40,293 nucleotides of DNA, taken from contig CAXBFT010000001.1 of the NCBI GenBank assembly GCA_963974945.1, positions 1-40,293 on the forward strand, given 5' to 3'. Below are positions 25,883-38,029 of this stretch, in pieces; position 1 is the first letter of the stretch; the number at the start of each line of letters is the position of its first letter. The notes under the pieces were generated by a model, which made no database searches, was not told the origin of the DNA, and was given only the letters and a program-made list of their open reading frames with translations. Origin of the DNA: an uncultured Alphaproteobacteria bacterium (GTDB lineage: Bacteria > Pseudomonadota > Alphaproteobacteria > Micavibrionales > Micavibrionaceae). A program made the translations under genes and the position numbers.

Positions 25883-26352
25883 TGAATGCCATAAAATTTA
25901 TAATTTTGTCTTTTGTGGCTGTAATCGTTTTAAATCCTAGTCGTGGATATTCTGCCAGCCAAGATGCCTGTGCGATATGGATATGTTTGCCTGGAGGATT
26001 TCCATCTGGATGCGGCGGAGCCTATAGTGAATTTAAAAAGCGTATTAAAAAGGGTAAAGACCCGCTGCCAAGACTTTCATCATGTACGACCGGACCGAAT
26101 GGCGAGAAGATTGATGGTCATTATCAGCTTGGATATGAGAAGTTTGAGCCTTGCGATGATGGCTATGTTCTGCGTGAACGCTCACAAGGATATCGGGCAG
26201 TTGAGGGGGCGTGCTATAAGCAATTTTGTGCGCCGTCACAGTTTCAGGAAAATTCAAACTGTCAAAACTATTCGGCTATTTTGCGGCCAAAGCCTTATTA
26301 CGTGAAGATGTGGGTCAATGGTGATTATTTGGGCCAATATTTTTATCAGTAG
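25882..26352 (+). CDS. Secreted Cys-rich protein (10 Cys), possibly TrbM-like
   Basis: Signal peptide, then ACAIWICLPGGFPSGCGG. The ATG at 25882 shares its A with the regulator's TGA stop. The track start at 25879 is a TTG codon. Confidence 0.6.
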   Translation: MNAIKFIILSFVAVIVLNPSRGYSASQDACAIWICLPGGFPSGCGGAYSEFKKRIKKGKDPLPRLSSCTTGPNGEKIDGHYQLGYEKFEPCDDGYVLRERSQGYRAVEGACYKQFCAPSQFQENSNCQNYSAILRPKPYYVKMWVNGDYLGQYFYQ

Positions 26353-26432
26353 GAGTAACTTTCCAATTGTACTGTTACGGTTGATTTTCTAATATATTGA
26401 TCTTTAATTTAAGTTCTGTTACTTTCAGAATA

Positions 26433-26765
26433 ATGAAAAAGTTTTTGATGATATTATCTGTTTTTGCATTTCTGGCCACATCGATGGCCGGGCTTGCACA
26501 TGCGGAAACCCTCTGTGATCCATCATCAGAAATTTGTGCTCCTCAGCATTTAGATAATGATAACGATACAGACAATAGTGCGCCTAAAGACAGATGTGAT
26601 TTAGCTTGTAGTGGTTGCCATGCCCATTGTCATAGTCATATTGCATCTCAAGCATATAAAACATTATCTTCATTATCTGGCGACAAAGAAAAGAACACTT
26701 TTGGTCAAGAGTTAATCTATCTTTCCGATCTGACCTACGGTCTTAAACGCCCCCCAAAAGCTTAA
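26433..26765 (+). CDS. Small secreted Cys/His-rich protein, CzcI-like candidate
   Basis: I place the start at 26433 (MKKFLMILSVFAFLATSMAGLAHA signal peptide). Metal-ligand cluster CDLACSGCHAHCHSH. It lies immediately upstream of czcCBA. Confidence 0.55.
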   Translation: MKKFLMILSVFAFLATSMAGLAHAETLCDPSSEICAPQHLDNDNDTDNSAPKDRCDLACSGCHAHCHSHIASQAYKTLSSLSGDKEKNTFGQELIYLSDLTYGLKRPPKA

Positions 26766-26796
26766 AAATTGCAGGTGTAGTGCGCCTGCATTTTCT

Positions 26797-26827
26797 ATGC
26801 GCTCATCACTGAGCGCATTGCTTTTTA
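26797..26827 (+). terminator. Rho-independent terminator
   Basis: ATGCGCTCA (26797-26805), loop TCAC, TGAGCGCAT (26810-26818), then TGCTTTTTA. A second weaker hairpin, GCAGG..CCTGC, precedes it (26771-26789). Confidence 0.7.
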
Positions 26828-27137
26828 TTATCTAAAAATCAAAGGAAACGAAGATGTTTAAAAAAAATTACGCGCTTTTTGCGCTTATAGTAATGGCGTT
26901 GTTTACGCCGCAGGCACAGGCGCAAAGCACTTTGACGTTAGAACAGGCTTATGCCAATGTTTTGGCGCAGAACCCACAAGTGCAAAGCTTTAAAGCCCGT
27001 GTTATGGCCGCGGAAGGCCACAGGCTCCAGGAATCTCTCATGCCCAATCCTGAAGCTGTATTTGAAGCAGAGAATTTTGGCGGAGATAGTCCGCGTAACG
27101 GTCTGGATGATCTGGCAACAGTTAACCGGACAATTTT

Positions 27138-27965
27138 TTAAGCGACATTCTGAATTTCTTCAAAACCCGCATTTTCGAAATCCACTGGTGACATATAATT
27201 GTTAGCCGAGTGAATTCTGATGCGGTTATAGAACACTTCGATATATTCAAATATTACATGCTTGGCTTCCTCCCTGTTTTTAAATTTGTGGTGGTGGGTT
27301 AGTTCCGTTTTTAGCGTATGAAAAAAGCTCTCGGCCACCGCATTATCCCAGCAATCCCCCTTGCGGCTCATGCTTTGGATTATGTGATGGTCTTTCAATA
27401 GGCTGCGGTGGCTTTTCGAGGCGTATTGGCTGCCGCGATCGGTGTGCCAGAGCAAACCTTTAGCTGGTTTTCGCTGCCAAATAGCCATCAATAGCGCGTC
27501 GTTAACAAGGCTTGCCTGCATACGGTTACTCATCGACCAGCCTACAACCTGCCGAGAATAAAGGTCAATCACCGTGGCAAGATACAGCCAGCCTTTGCTT
27601 GTCGGGATGTAGGTGATATCACCAACCCAATATTGATCGGGGCTTGAGACGTTAAACTGCCGACGTAAGAGGTTTGGCGATATGGGGTTGTCGTGCCTTG
27701 AGTTGGTTGTAACTTTAAACCTTCGCTTGGTTTTGCAATATAGCTGCGCTGCCTTCATTAACCTTGCAATGCGTTTGCGCCCGACTGTTTTACCGAACTG
27801 TAATAGCCTGCGCCTTATCCGCCGAGTACCGTAAAGGCTTCGGCTTTCCTCGAATATTTGGCAGACCAGAGAGCTTAACTCTTCGTCTTCTTTTTTACGG
27901 TTACTTTTCGATGGATTTAGCCATTGATAATATGAGCTGCGAGATACACTCAAGAAGTGGCACAT
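27138..27965 (-). CDS. IS3 transposase OrfB (DDE integrase core); expected to be expressed as an OrfAB fusion by -1 frameshift
   Basis: DDE residues are in [17 protein letters not shown] and DNAVAESFF. By coordinate arithmetic the frame is -1 relative to orfA. The true coding region extends upstream to the slippery site near 28050. Confidence 0.9.
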   Translation of the reverse strand: MCHFLSVSRSSYYQWLNPSKSNRKKEDEELSSLVCQIFEESRSLYGTRRIRRRLLQFGKTVGRKRIARLMKAAQLYCKTKRRFKVTTNSRHDNPISPNLLRRQFNVSSPDQYWVGDITYIPTSKGWLYLATVIDLYSRQVVGWSMSNRMQASLVNDALLMAIWQRKPAKGLLWHTDRGSQYASKSHRSLLKDHHIIQSMSRKGDCWDNAVAESFFHTLKTELTHHHKFKNREEAKHVIFEYIEVFYNRIRIHSANNYMSPVDFENAGFEEIQNVA

Positions 27966-28012
27966 GCTCGATACTGGAAAAATATGACGGTGCTCCGTGA
28001 TCCAGACGTACT

Positions 28013-28303
28013 TTACAGAACTTCCCTGGCAAAGTACGCCGCCGCTTTTTTTAAGATATCACGCTCCAATTTAACTCTTGAGAGCTCTTTCTTTAAACTC
28101 TTAATCTCTTCAGATGCAGAGTCTTTTGCAGGGCGCAACTTCTCATTTGAACCTGAATATGCGTTAACCCAGCAATACAACCTCTTGGCAGAAATGCCCA
28201 GTTCACGAGCTGTTTGGCTCATCGGCTGGTCAGATTCTAAAGCTAACCTAGCCGATGATTCCCTGAATTCTGCCGGATACTGCTTATATTTTCTTGATGA
28301 CAT
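28013..28303 (-). CDS. IS3 transposase OrfA (HTH)
   Basis: 96 aa: [38 protein letters not shown], with a leucine-zipper-like C-terminus. The A7 slippery run at 28046-28052 lies within ...ILKKAAA. Confidence 0.9.
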   Translation of the reverse strand: MSSRKYKQYPAEFRESSARLALESDQPMSQTARELGISAKRLYCWVNAYSGSNEKLRPAKDSASEEIKSLKKELSRVKLERDILKKAAAYFAREVL

Positions 28304-29394
28304 TGTTCATTATTCCTTCTGTTTAGACTTTTATATATTTTCTGTCCGGAATAGTGTAGCCACATCAGGATGGAGCAGAATATACATTAGGGATTGAACA
28401 GCAAATTGAAATTGCCGGTAAACGTTCCAAGCGTGAACAGGTTGCTTCACTCGAAAAGCAACAAGCCAGTCAAGAGGCACTTGCTGGTATTCAGGCCACG
28501 TTGGCGCAAACCAAGGCTGCCTTTATGCGCGTGGTAATAGCTCAGGAACGTCTGAGCCTTGCTGATAAGCGTGTGATGCTAGCCGATAAAACGCATACGA
28601 CTGTAAAAAATCGTATAAGCGCGGCGAAGTCTGCTGATATTCAGCACACTAAGGCGGACATTGAAATGGCGGCGGCGGAAGTGGAGCAGCGCAAGGCTGT
28701 GAAGGAACTGGATATAGCCAAAACCGAACTTGCAAACTTGATGGGTGTGTACACGTTGGATGCTGTTATTTCATCCGATTTGAGCACTTTGCCAGATGTG
28801 CCGGAACGTGAGGTTCTGATGCAGGCATTGGAGAAAACACCGATGAGCACATTCAGCCAGCTTTTGGTTTTACGAGAAAACTCTGCGCTTGATCTGGCGT
28901 GGGCTAATGGCGTGGCCGATCCGACGTTCGGGCTTGGTGTACGCCGTTATAATGAGGATGATGGTACAGCGTTTTTAGCCAGTGTCTCCATTCCAATCAC
29001 TATTTTTGATCGTAACCAAGGTAATATTGCGCAGGCCAAGGCCAATGTTTTAGCTGCTGAATCTGATCAGAGGGCGCAAACTCTCAATTTGACACGGCAA
29101 GCTGAGGAACTTTTAAAAACCCTGATAAGCGCCAAGGAAGAAGTGCTAGCCTATCAAGATGGTATTTTACCTTCTGCGCAGCGCGCTTATGCACAGGCCG
29201 AGGAAGGCTTTGAGCGGGGCGCGTTTTCTTTTCTCGATCTCCTGGATGCACAGCGCACGTTGTTTGATGTACAGGAGAGCCACCTTGAGGCTTTGGCATC
29301 CTTCCATGAAACAAAATCAAAAATCGACATGCTGACCGGGGAATATGCGCCAGTTGCAGCCTCGGTTTTTAACATCAATGAAAAGGAATAAATT

Positions 29395-30489
29395 ATGAAA
29401 CAGAATGTATTTATATTTTTAATGGCGTTGGCTCTTTTATCATGGCCCGTACAAAACACTTTGGCGCAAGATCATGGCGATCACGCCCATGAGGAAAACC
29501 ATAAACAGCACGACGAAGCCGAAGGCCACGGCCATGATGATGGACATGAGCATAACGATCATGGCGAAGAAATGGACGATCACGATGAACACGGCCATGA
29601 TGACCATAAAGCCGAGGATGCCCATGATGATCACGGTCACGGCGGGCATGGTGATGAACACGGAGAGCATGAGGAAGGTAAAGCTGAAATCTCTTCCGAT
29701 GCTGCCAAGCTGACAGGGGTTGAAATTAAACAGGCTGGCTCTGCCATTGTTGCTATGACCACACCTCTGAATGGCCGGATTACGCTTAACGAAAACACAA
29801 CCGCGAATGTCCGGGCACGGTTTCCAGGCTTTGTAAAAGCCGTGCATGTCAATCTGGGTGATAGTGTAAAAAAAGGTCAAGAACTGGCCACAGTCGAGAG
29901 CAATGAAAGCTTAAAAACATATAGCGTCACAGCGCCGATAGATGGCGTTATTTTGATGCGTGAAACCAATATCGGCGATGTCACAGATGGCAAAGAGCTA
30001 TTTGTAATCGCCGATCTGTCCACTGTTTGGGCAAAATATCATATTTTTCCACGTGATGTTCCCAATGTTAAAAAAGGTCAGGATGTGGTTGTTCATACGC
30101 TCGATGAAAAAAACCGTCAGACAGCGCAAATCTCTATGTTGTTTCCCACGACCGATGCGTTAAGCCAGACGGTCATAGCGATTGCAGAGCTTCCCAATGA
30201 ACAAGGTATATGGCGCCCAGGCATGACAATTGAAGGCGACATCAAGGTTGGTGAAAAACAGGCCGCAATTGCTGTGCCGCGTAATGCCCTTCAATTTATG
30301 GAAGACCAGCAAGTCGTTTTTGTGAAAAGCGGCAACACATATGAGCCGCGACCCGTAAGTGTAGGTATGACGGGAACGGACAACGCCGAGATCACCTCAG
30401 GCCTGAAACGCGGTGAAACCTATGTGAGTGCCGGAAGCTTTGTCATTAAGGCCGATATCCTAAAAGGCACAGCCGCACACGAACATTAA
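29395..30489 (+). CDS. czcB: RND periplasmic adaptor (CzcB-type) with a His/Asp/Glu-rich N-terminal extension
   Basis: 364 aa. After the signal peptide, about 70 aa are dominated by H, D, E and G (HGDHAHEENHKQHDEAEGHGHDDGHEHNDHGEE...). An HlyD-like barrel/lipoyl region follows. Confidence 0.9.
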   Translation: MKQNVFIFLMALALLSWPVQNTLAQDHGDHAHEENHKQHDEAEGHGHDDGHEHNDHGEEMDDHDEHGHDDHKAEDAHDDHGHGGHGDEHGEHEEGKAEISSDAAKLTGVEIKQAGSAIVAMTTPLNGRITLNENTTANVRARFPGFVKAVHVNLGDSVKKGQELATVESNESLKTYSVTAPIDGVILMRETNIGDVTDGKELFVIADLSTVWAKYHIFPRDVPNVKKGQDVVVHTLDEKNRQTAQISMLFPTTDALSQTVIAIAELPNEQGIWRPGMTIEGDIKVGEKQAAIAVPRNALQFMEDQQVVFVKSGNTYEPRPVSVGMTGTDNAEITSGLKRGETYVSAGSFVIKADILKGTAAHEH

Positions 30490-30506
30490 AATTAAAGCGA
30501 TATTAG

Positions 30507-33698
<3,192 letters not shown>

Positions 33699-33768
33699 AA
33701 ATGAAAGCAATCCTCCATACCCTTATAATGCAAAGCAATAAGACATGTTTTTGCAGGAGAATAAATAG

Positions 33769-34278
33769 ATGAAAAGTTTTTTAATCAAATTCCAAATTCA
33801 ATTTTTGGCGATTGTTTTGGCTTCTATGGTGATTGTAATTGACCAAGTCACGGAACAAGTTGTTCTGTCTTATATTCAAGATAACAGTGAGAGTATCAGG
33901 ATTGCGCCTTTTTTTAATCTGGTCTGGGTAGGCAATGAAGGCATTAGTTTCGGGATGTTGCAGGGTCTTCCGTACGGTCAATATCTGATTTCAGTTTTTG
34001 CTTTAATGATTACTGGATTTTTCTTTATGTGGTTATTACGATCACGCTCGCTTTGGATGGGATGTGCTTTAGGATTGATTATAGGCGGAGCAGTGGGGAA
34101 CACCATTGAAAGACTGATGTTTGGTCATGTGATTGATGTTTTGGATTTTCATGTCGCTGGATATCACTGGCCTACCTTTAATTTAACAGACAGCGCGATT
34201 TTTATAGGAGTTGTTCTAATAGTTTTTTACGAGTTATTCAGAAAACCAAATAAACACGCTGGACAAGAGGGCTATTAG
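33769..34278 (+). CDS. lspA: Lipoprotein signal peptidase II paralog
   Basis: NEGISFGM, GGAVGNTIERL and TFNLTDSAIF match LspA conserved blocks. Note Glu114 where E. coli LspA has Asp. Confidence 0.85.
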   Translation: MKSFLIKFQIQFLAIVLASMVIVIDQVTEQVVLSYIQDNSESIRIAPFFNLVWVGNEGISFGMLQGLPYGQYLISVFALMITGFFFMWLLRSRSLWMGCALGLIIGGAVGNTIERLMFGHVIDVLDFHVAGYHWPTFNLTDSAIFIGVVLIVFYELFRKPNKHAGQEGY

Positions 34279-34280
34279 TT

Positions 34281-34904
34281 ATGGCAGGTAATTGTGGAGA
34301 CTCATGTAATGACACGCAATTTGAGGGCGTATCCGAAACCTATAAGAGAATACTGTGGATTATCGTTGCTATTAACTGCCTGATGTTCTTTGTTGAGGTT
34401 TTTGCAGGATTTATAGCTGATTCCACGGCACTTAAAGCCGATGCTTTGGATTTCTTAGGCGACACGGCGACTTATGCAATTACACTTCTGGTTATCGGAA
34501 AATCGTTAGAGTTACGTGCTAAAGCTGCCTTACTAAAAGGACTGAGTTTGGGCGCTATGGCACTCTTTGTTCTTGGATTTACGCTTTACAAAGTAATTGT
34601 AGTTGGACAGCCGGAGTCGATGACTATGGGTATTATCGGACTTTTGGCGTTTACGGCCAACATGGTTAGCGTTTTACTGCTTTTAAAATATCGTGAGGGC
34701 GATTCTAATATTAAATCGGTTTGGCTTTGCAGCCGCAATGATGCCATTGGCAATATCGCTGTGATGATCGCTGGTGCTGGCGTTTTTGCAACGGGAACAG
34801 TATGGCCTGACATCATTGTAGCTTTCATTATTGCGGGCCTATTTTTACATTCTTCTATAAAAATAACACTACAAGCTTTGTCAGAACTAAAGAGAGATCA
34901 TTAA
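34281..34904 (+). CDS. Short cation diffusion facilitator (CDF) transporter (TM domain only)
   Basis: 207 aa with six hydrophobic segments. Motifs FVEVFAGFIADSTALKADALDFLGD and SRNDAIGNIAV. Confidence 0.8.
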   Translation: MAGNCGDSCNDTQFEGVSETYKRILWIIVAINCLMFFVEVFAGFIADSTALKADALDFLGDTATYAITLLVIGKSLELRAKAALLKGLSLGAMALFVLGFTLYKVIVVGQPESMTMGIIGLLAFTANMVSVLLLLKYREGDSNIKSVWLCSRNDAIGNIAVMIAGAGVFATGTVWPDIIVAFIIAGLFLHSSIKITLQALSELKRDH

Positions 34905-34905
34905 T

Positions 34906-35790
34906 ATGGGACACGGACATTCACACGGTGATCCTTCAGAAATTGGAGAGCGCCGCCTTTGGTGGGCGGTGCTGGCCAATATTATGCTTACCTTCGCGCA
35001 AATTATCGGCGGGATCATTTCCGGTTCGCTCTCGCTTATTGCTGATGCGCTGCATAATTTCAGTGATGCAGCCTCGCTTCTTATTGCGCTGGTGGCGATC
35101 CGCATAGGTCGCAAACCGCCCGATCAGTTTAAAACCTTCGGCTATAAACGGGCGGAAACTGTGGCTGCGCTGATCAATCTGACCACGCTTATCATTATCG
35201 GCCTTTATCTTTGCTATGAAGCCGTGATGCGCTTTGTAACACCGGAGCCTGTCGCGGGCTGGACAGTCGTTATTGTGGCCGGAATTGCGCTGGTAGTAGA
35301 TGTTTTTACAGCGGCGCTGACATACAGTCAGTCGAAAAGCAGTATGAATATAAAGGCGGCTTTCCTTCATAATTTGACGGATGCTTTGGCTTCCGTTGGG
35401 GTGATTATCACAGGGACGCTTATTTTACTTTATGGCTGGGTCTGGACAGATGCCGCCATGACGCTGATTATTTCCGGCTATGTTTTGTGGCAAGGCTTTA
35501 CTGAAATTCCGAAAGTTATTCATTTGCTCATGGAAGGTACGCCGGAGGGCATGGACATTCAGCAAGTGGTTGCCGCTATGGAGAACGATAAGGATGTGGC
35601 AGGTGTTCATCATGTTCATATCACCATTTATTTTACAACCCGCCCCGATTGGCGGGTTTTTCTTTGCCTGAAAGGCCAAGTACCGTGCGGTTTTCGCATT
35701 AGTACGCATACTCTTAGAGCGCGTTCAAAGCGCGTTTTCTCTCTCGATTTTCTTGATTTCTCTCGCGCTTTGAGGACGAAGAGCGCGTAA
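34906..35790 (+). CDS. CDF transporter (CzcD/ZitB-like) with a non-native 3' end; likely truncated
   Basis: N-terminal MGHGHSHGD, then SLIADALHNFSDAASL and HNLTDALASVG. The family pattern stops after VHHVHI (about 35622), where W is expected. The remaining 56 codons run through a terminator-like hairpin. Confidence 0.7.
   Translation: MGHGHSHGDPSEIGERRLWWAVLANIMLTFAQIIGGIISGSLSLIADALHNFSDAASLLIALVAIRIGRKPPDQFKTFGYKRAETVAALINLTTLIIIGLYLCYEAVMRFVTPEPVAGWTVVIVAGIALVVDVFTAALTYSQSKSSMNIKAAFLHNLTDALASVGVIITGTLILLYGWVWTDAAMTLIISGYVLWQGFTEIPKVIHLLMEGTPEGMDIQQVVAAMENDKDVAGVHHVHITIYFTTRPDWRVFLCLKGQVPCGFRISTHTLRARSKRVFSLDFLDFSRALRTKSA
35637..35665 (+). terminator. Terminator-like hairpin inside the aberrant tail of the CDF ORF
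   Basis: AACCCGCC (35637-35644), loop CCGATT, GGCGGGTT (35651-35658), then TTTCTTT. Confidence 0.55.
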
Positions 35791-35955
35791 ATGATGCAGG
35801 CTAACTAGCAGAATTTGCGTGTTTTTGCACATACCAGTTCTTCATCCACAACTGTTCATTTGAAGACAGTTTAAAAATTTTTGATTTAGTCCCGTCATTT
35901 TTCCGATGGCCTTTGTACCAGCGTGGAAGAGCAACCAAAAACGGGAGTTTTTCCG

Positions 35956-36171
35956 ATGAACCTGTCAACCAAAGATCCATCTGAAATGACCGCGCAAGAG
36001 CGCGTTCATGAAATAGCCAGCATTCTGGCAACGGCTGTCCTGCGTGGCAGCATTATTGAACAAAATCAATATATTGAGAGAGGTTTGACTGGACTTCGGA
36101 GCGCTTCGAAGCATTCATGCGATGACCAAAAAAGGTCGAGTTTGAGAACGAAGAAAAAGGCTCACGCATGA
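35956..36171 (+). CDS. Small hypothetical protein, first gene of the recombinase operon
   Basis: MNLSTKDPSEMTAQERVHEIASILATAVLRG. I prefer the ATG at 35956 over the GTG at 35923. An ATGA overlap links it to the next gene. Confidence 0.5.
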   Translation: MNLSTKDPSEMTAQERVHEIASILATAVLRGSIIEQNQYIERGLTGLRSASKHSCDDQKRSSLRTKKKAHA

Positions 36172-36662
36172 AAATTGATGTACTGAAACAGTATGCAGCG
36201 CTGGAGGCGATGACGCCAAAGGAGCTGCTGGTTGAATGGGTGAAATATTATGACCAGCCACCCAAAACACGAACAAATAAGACTTACCTCGTCAATCAGA
36301 TCATCTACCGGATTCAGGAGATAGTATATGGAGGTCTTACCAAAAGCACCATTGATCGCTTAGAGGCGCTGGCTGGAGAGAAATCAGTTGATCAGCGAAA
36401 ACACGATCCTGCACGTCTGGCGGTGGGAACGCGATTGGTTCGTGAGGTCAAGGGCGTTGAGCATCACGTTATGGTGATGGATGACGGCTATGAATATCAG
36501 GGCATGAAATACAAATCGTTGTCCGGCGTTGCTTATGCCATCACTGGCACACGCTGGAACGGCAATATATTTTTTGGTTTGGGCTATCAAAAGCCCGATC
36601 ATGAAAAACGACCAACGCCTCGACTGCGCCGGGTGAAACCTGGCGGAAAGGCTAAATCATGA
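36168..36662 (+). CDS. DUF2924-like protein
   Basis: LEAMTPKELLVEWVKYYDQPP...LVNQIIYRIQEIVYGGL matches my recollection of DUF2924, a usual partner of large serine recombinases. ATGA overlaps occur on both sides. Confidence 0.65.
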   Translation: MKIDVLKQYAALEAMTPKELLVEWVKYYDQPPKTRTNKTYLVNQIIYRIQEIVYGGLTKSTIDRLEALAGEKSVDQRKHDPARLAVGTRLVREVKGVEHHVMVMDDGYEYQGMKYKSLSGVAYAITGTRWNGNIFFGLGYQKPDHEKRPTPRLRRVKPGGKAKS

Positions 36663-38029
36663 TCGGGACAGGTATTACAGAAAAACGAAACCTGCGCTGT
36701 GCGATTTACACGCGTGTGTCCGATGATGAAGGTCTGGATCAGGAATTCAACTCGCTGGACGCGCAACGCGAAGCTGGCGAATATCACATCAAAGCACAGG
36801 CACATGAAGGCTGGCGTGTTTTGCCGGAGCGTTATGACGATGGCGGATACTCAGCCAAGGACTTAAACAGGCCCGCTGCAAAACGTCTGTTGCAGGATAT
36901 TAAAGACGGCAAGATCGATGTAGTCGTTGTCTATAAGATTGACCGTATGTCTCGCAACATGGGTGACTTTGTCGAACTCATGAAGCTGTTCGAGCAATAC
37001 AAAGTCACCTTTGTCTCCGTGACCCAGCATTTTAATACGGAAACGGCGATGGGGAAACTCATCCTGAATATCCTGCAGTCTTTTGCGCAATTCGAACGTG
37101 AAATGACGGCAGAGCGTATTCGCGACAAGTTTGCAGCTTCGAAAATGAAAGGGATGTGGATGGGCGGCCCGCCACCGCTGGGCTACGATGTGGTCGACCG
37201 CAAGCTGGTGATAAATTCGCAAGAGGCTAAACTCGTCGGCCATATTTTTGAACGGTTCTTGGCGCTGGGATCGGTCACGATGCTCATTTCGGAATTGAAC
37301 CGGGATGGATACACCACGAAATCCTATATCAGCCGCACCAACAACCCTGTTGGCGGAAAGCCCTTCACGATGAATACAATACTGACCTTGCTGAGAAACC
37401 GGCTATTGGTTGGCGATGTCCATCACAAAGGCAAATATTATCCAGGACAGCATAAGCCCATCGTTAAGCGTGAAGATTTTGAAAAGGTACAGGCCAGTTT
37501 TAGCGAAAACCGATATGAGAAGCGGAAGCGTACCTGGAAGATCAAGTCAAAGGCTCTGCTGAAGGGCATCCTTTATTGCTCGGCTTGCGGTGGAGCTATG
37601 TCACCGGCACACACGCGCAAGAAAAACAAGCATTATCACTATTACCAAGCCAACTCATACCGCAAGCAGTTTTGTGAGCAATGTCCGACAAATCGTATCC
37701 CTGCCGGAGAAATCGAGGCCATTATTATCAGCCAGCTGAAGGCCATCTTTGCCGCTCCCCAGCTGCTCATTGAAGTGTGGCGGAAAATTCGTGCAAACGA
37801 TAGCGGCTACAGCGAACGCGATTTGCATGACAGCCTGCAGCACCTCGGTTCGCTTTGGGATGCCTTATTCCCAGCGGAACAGAAACGTATCATGCATTTG
37901 CTAATCGACCGGGTGATGGTTCGTACCGATGGCATCGATGTCGAATACTTTGCCAATGGCTTCGATAATATCGTGATACAGCTCCAGCAAAGCATTAACG
38001 CGAACACCAAGGAAAGGATCGCCGCATGA
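36659..38029 (+). CDS. Large serine recombinase
   Basis: The resolvase catalytic domain (RCAIYTRVSDDEG, VVVYKIDRMSRN) is followed by a recombinase domain and a Cys-pair zinc-ribbon region (CSACGG...CEQCP). Confidence 0.9.
   Translation: MIGTGITEKRNLRCAIYTRVSDDEGLDQEFNSLDAQREAGEYHIKAQAHEGWRVLPERYDDGGYSAKDLNRPAAKRLLQDIKDGKIDVVVVYKIDRMSRNMGDFVELMKLFEQYKVTFVSVTQHFNTETAMGKLILNILQSFAQFEREMTAERIRDKFAASKMKGMWMGGPPPLGYDVVDRKLVINSQEAKLVGHIFERFLALGSVTMLISELNRDGYTTKSYISRTNNPVGGKPFTMNTILTLLRNRLLVGDVHHKGKYYPGQHKPIVKREDFEKVQASFSENRYEKRKRTWKIKSKALLKGILYCSACGGAMSPAHTRKKNKHYHYYQANSYRKQFCEQCPTNRIPAGEIEAIIISQLKAIFAAPQLLIEVWRKIRANDSGYSERDLHDSLQHLGSLWDALFPAEQKRIMHLLIDRVMVRTDGIDVEYFANGFDNIVIQLQQSINANTKERIAA

Larger units (their letters stand above)
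27108..28367 (-). mobile_element. IS3-family insertion sequence, 1260 bp, apparently intact
   Basis: Terminal inverted repeats TGATCTGGCAACAG (27108-) and TGATGTGGCTACAC (rc of -28367) match at 11/14, with a further shared CCGGACA. A 3-bp direct repeat GGA flanks the element (27105-27107 and 28368-28370). It carries the orfA/orfB arrangement. Confidence 0.9.
26854..29391 (+). pseudogene. czcC: czcC-type outer-membrane factor gene interrupted by an IS3-family element
   Basis: The 5' part is 26854-27107 (signal peptide, LTLEQAYANVLAQNPQ). The 3' part is 28371-29391 (EYTLGIEQQIEIAGKR...). Removing the IS and one GGA copy restores a single 424-codon frame (...NGLDGAEYTL...). Confidence 0.85.

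Noticed and set aside
27957-28397. 146-aa + strand ORF spanning the IS3 right end.
   Set aside because: It is antisense to orfA, crosses the IS/czcC junction, and has no recognisable motifs.
28501-29391. 296-aa ORF treated as an independent gene.
   Set aside because: It begins at a TTG inside the 3' fragment of the IS-disrupted czcC. The reading frame continues upstream to the IS junction at 28371.
29440-29880. 146-aa minus-strand ORF and 79-aa + strand ORF (29474-29713) inside czcB.
   Set aside because: They are shadow ORFs produced by the repetitive His/Asp codon tract (CAT/GAT/GAC) of the CzcB N-terminal extension.
35801-36031. 76-aa minus-strand ORF between the CDF gene and the recombinase operon.
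   Set aside because: It has no RBS, overlaps the start of the + strand small gene, and matches no recognisable family. I regard this region as promoter/junction DNA.
36863-37243. 126-aa minus-strand ORF within the serine recombinase gene.
   Set aside because: It is an antisense shadow of a well-supported CDS.
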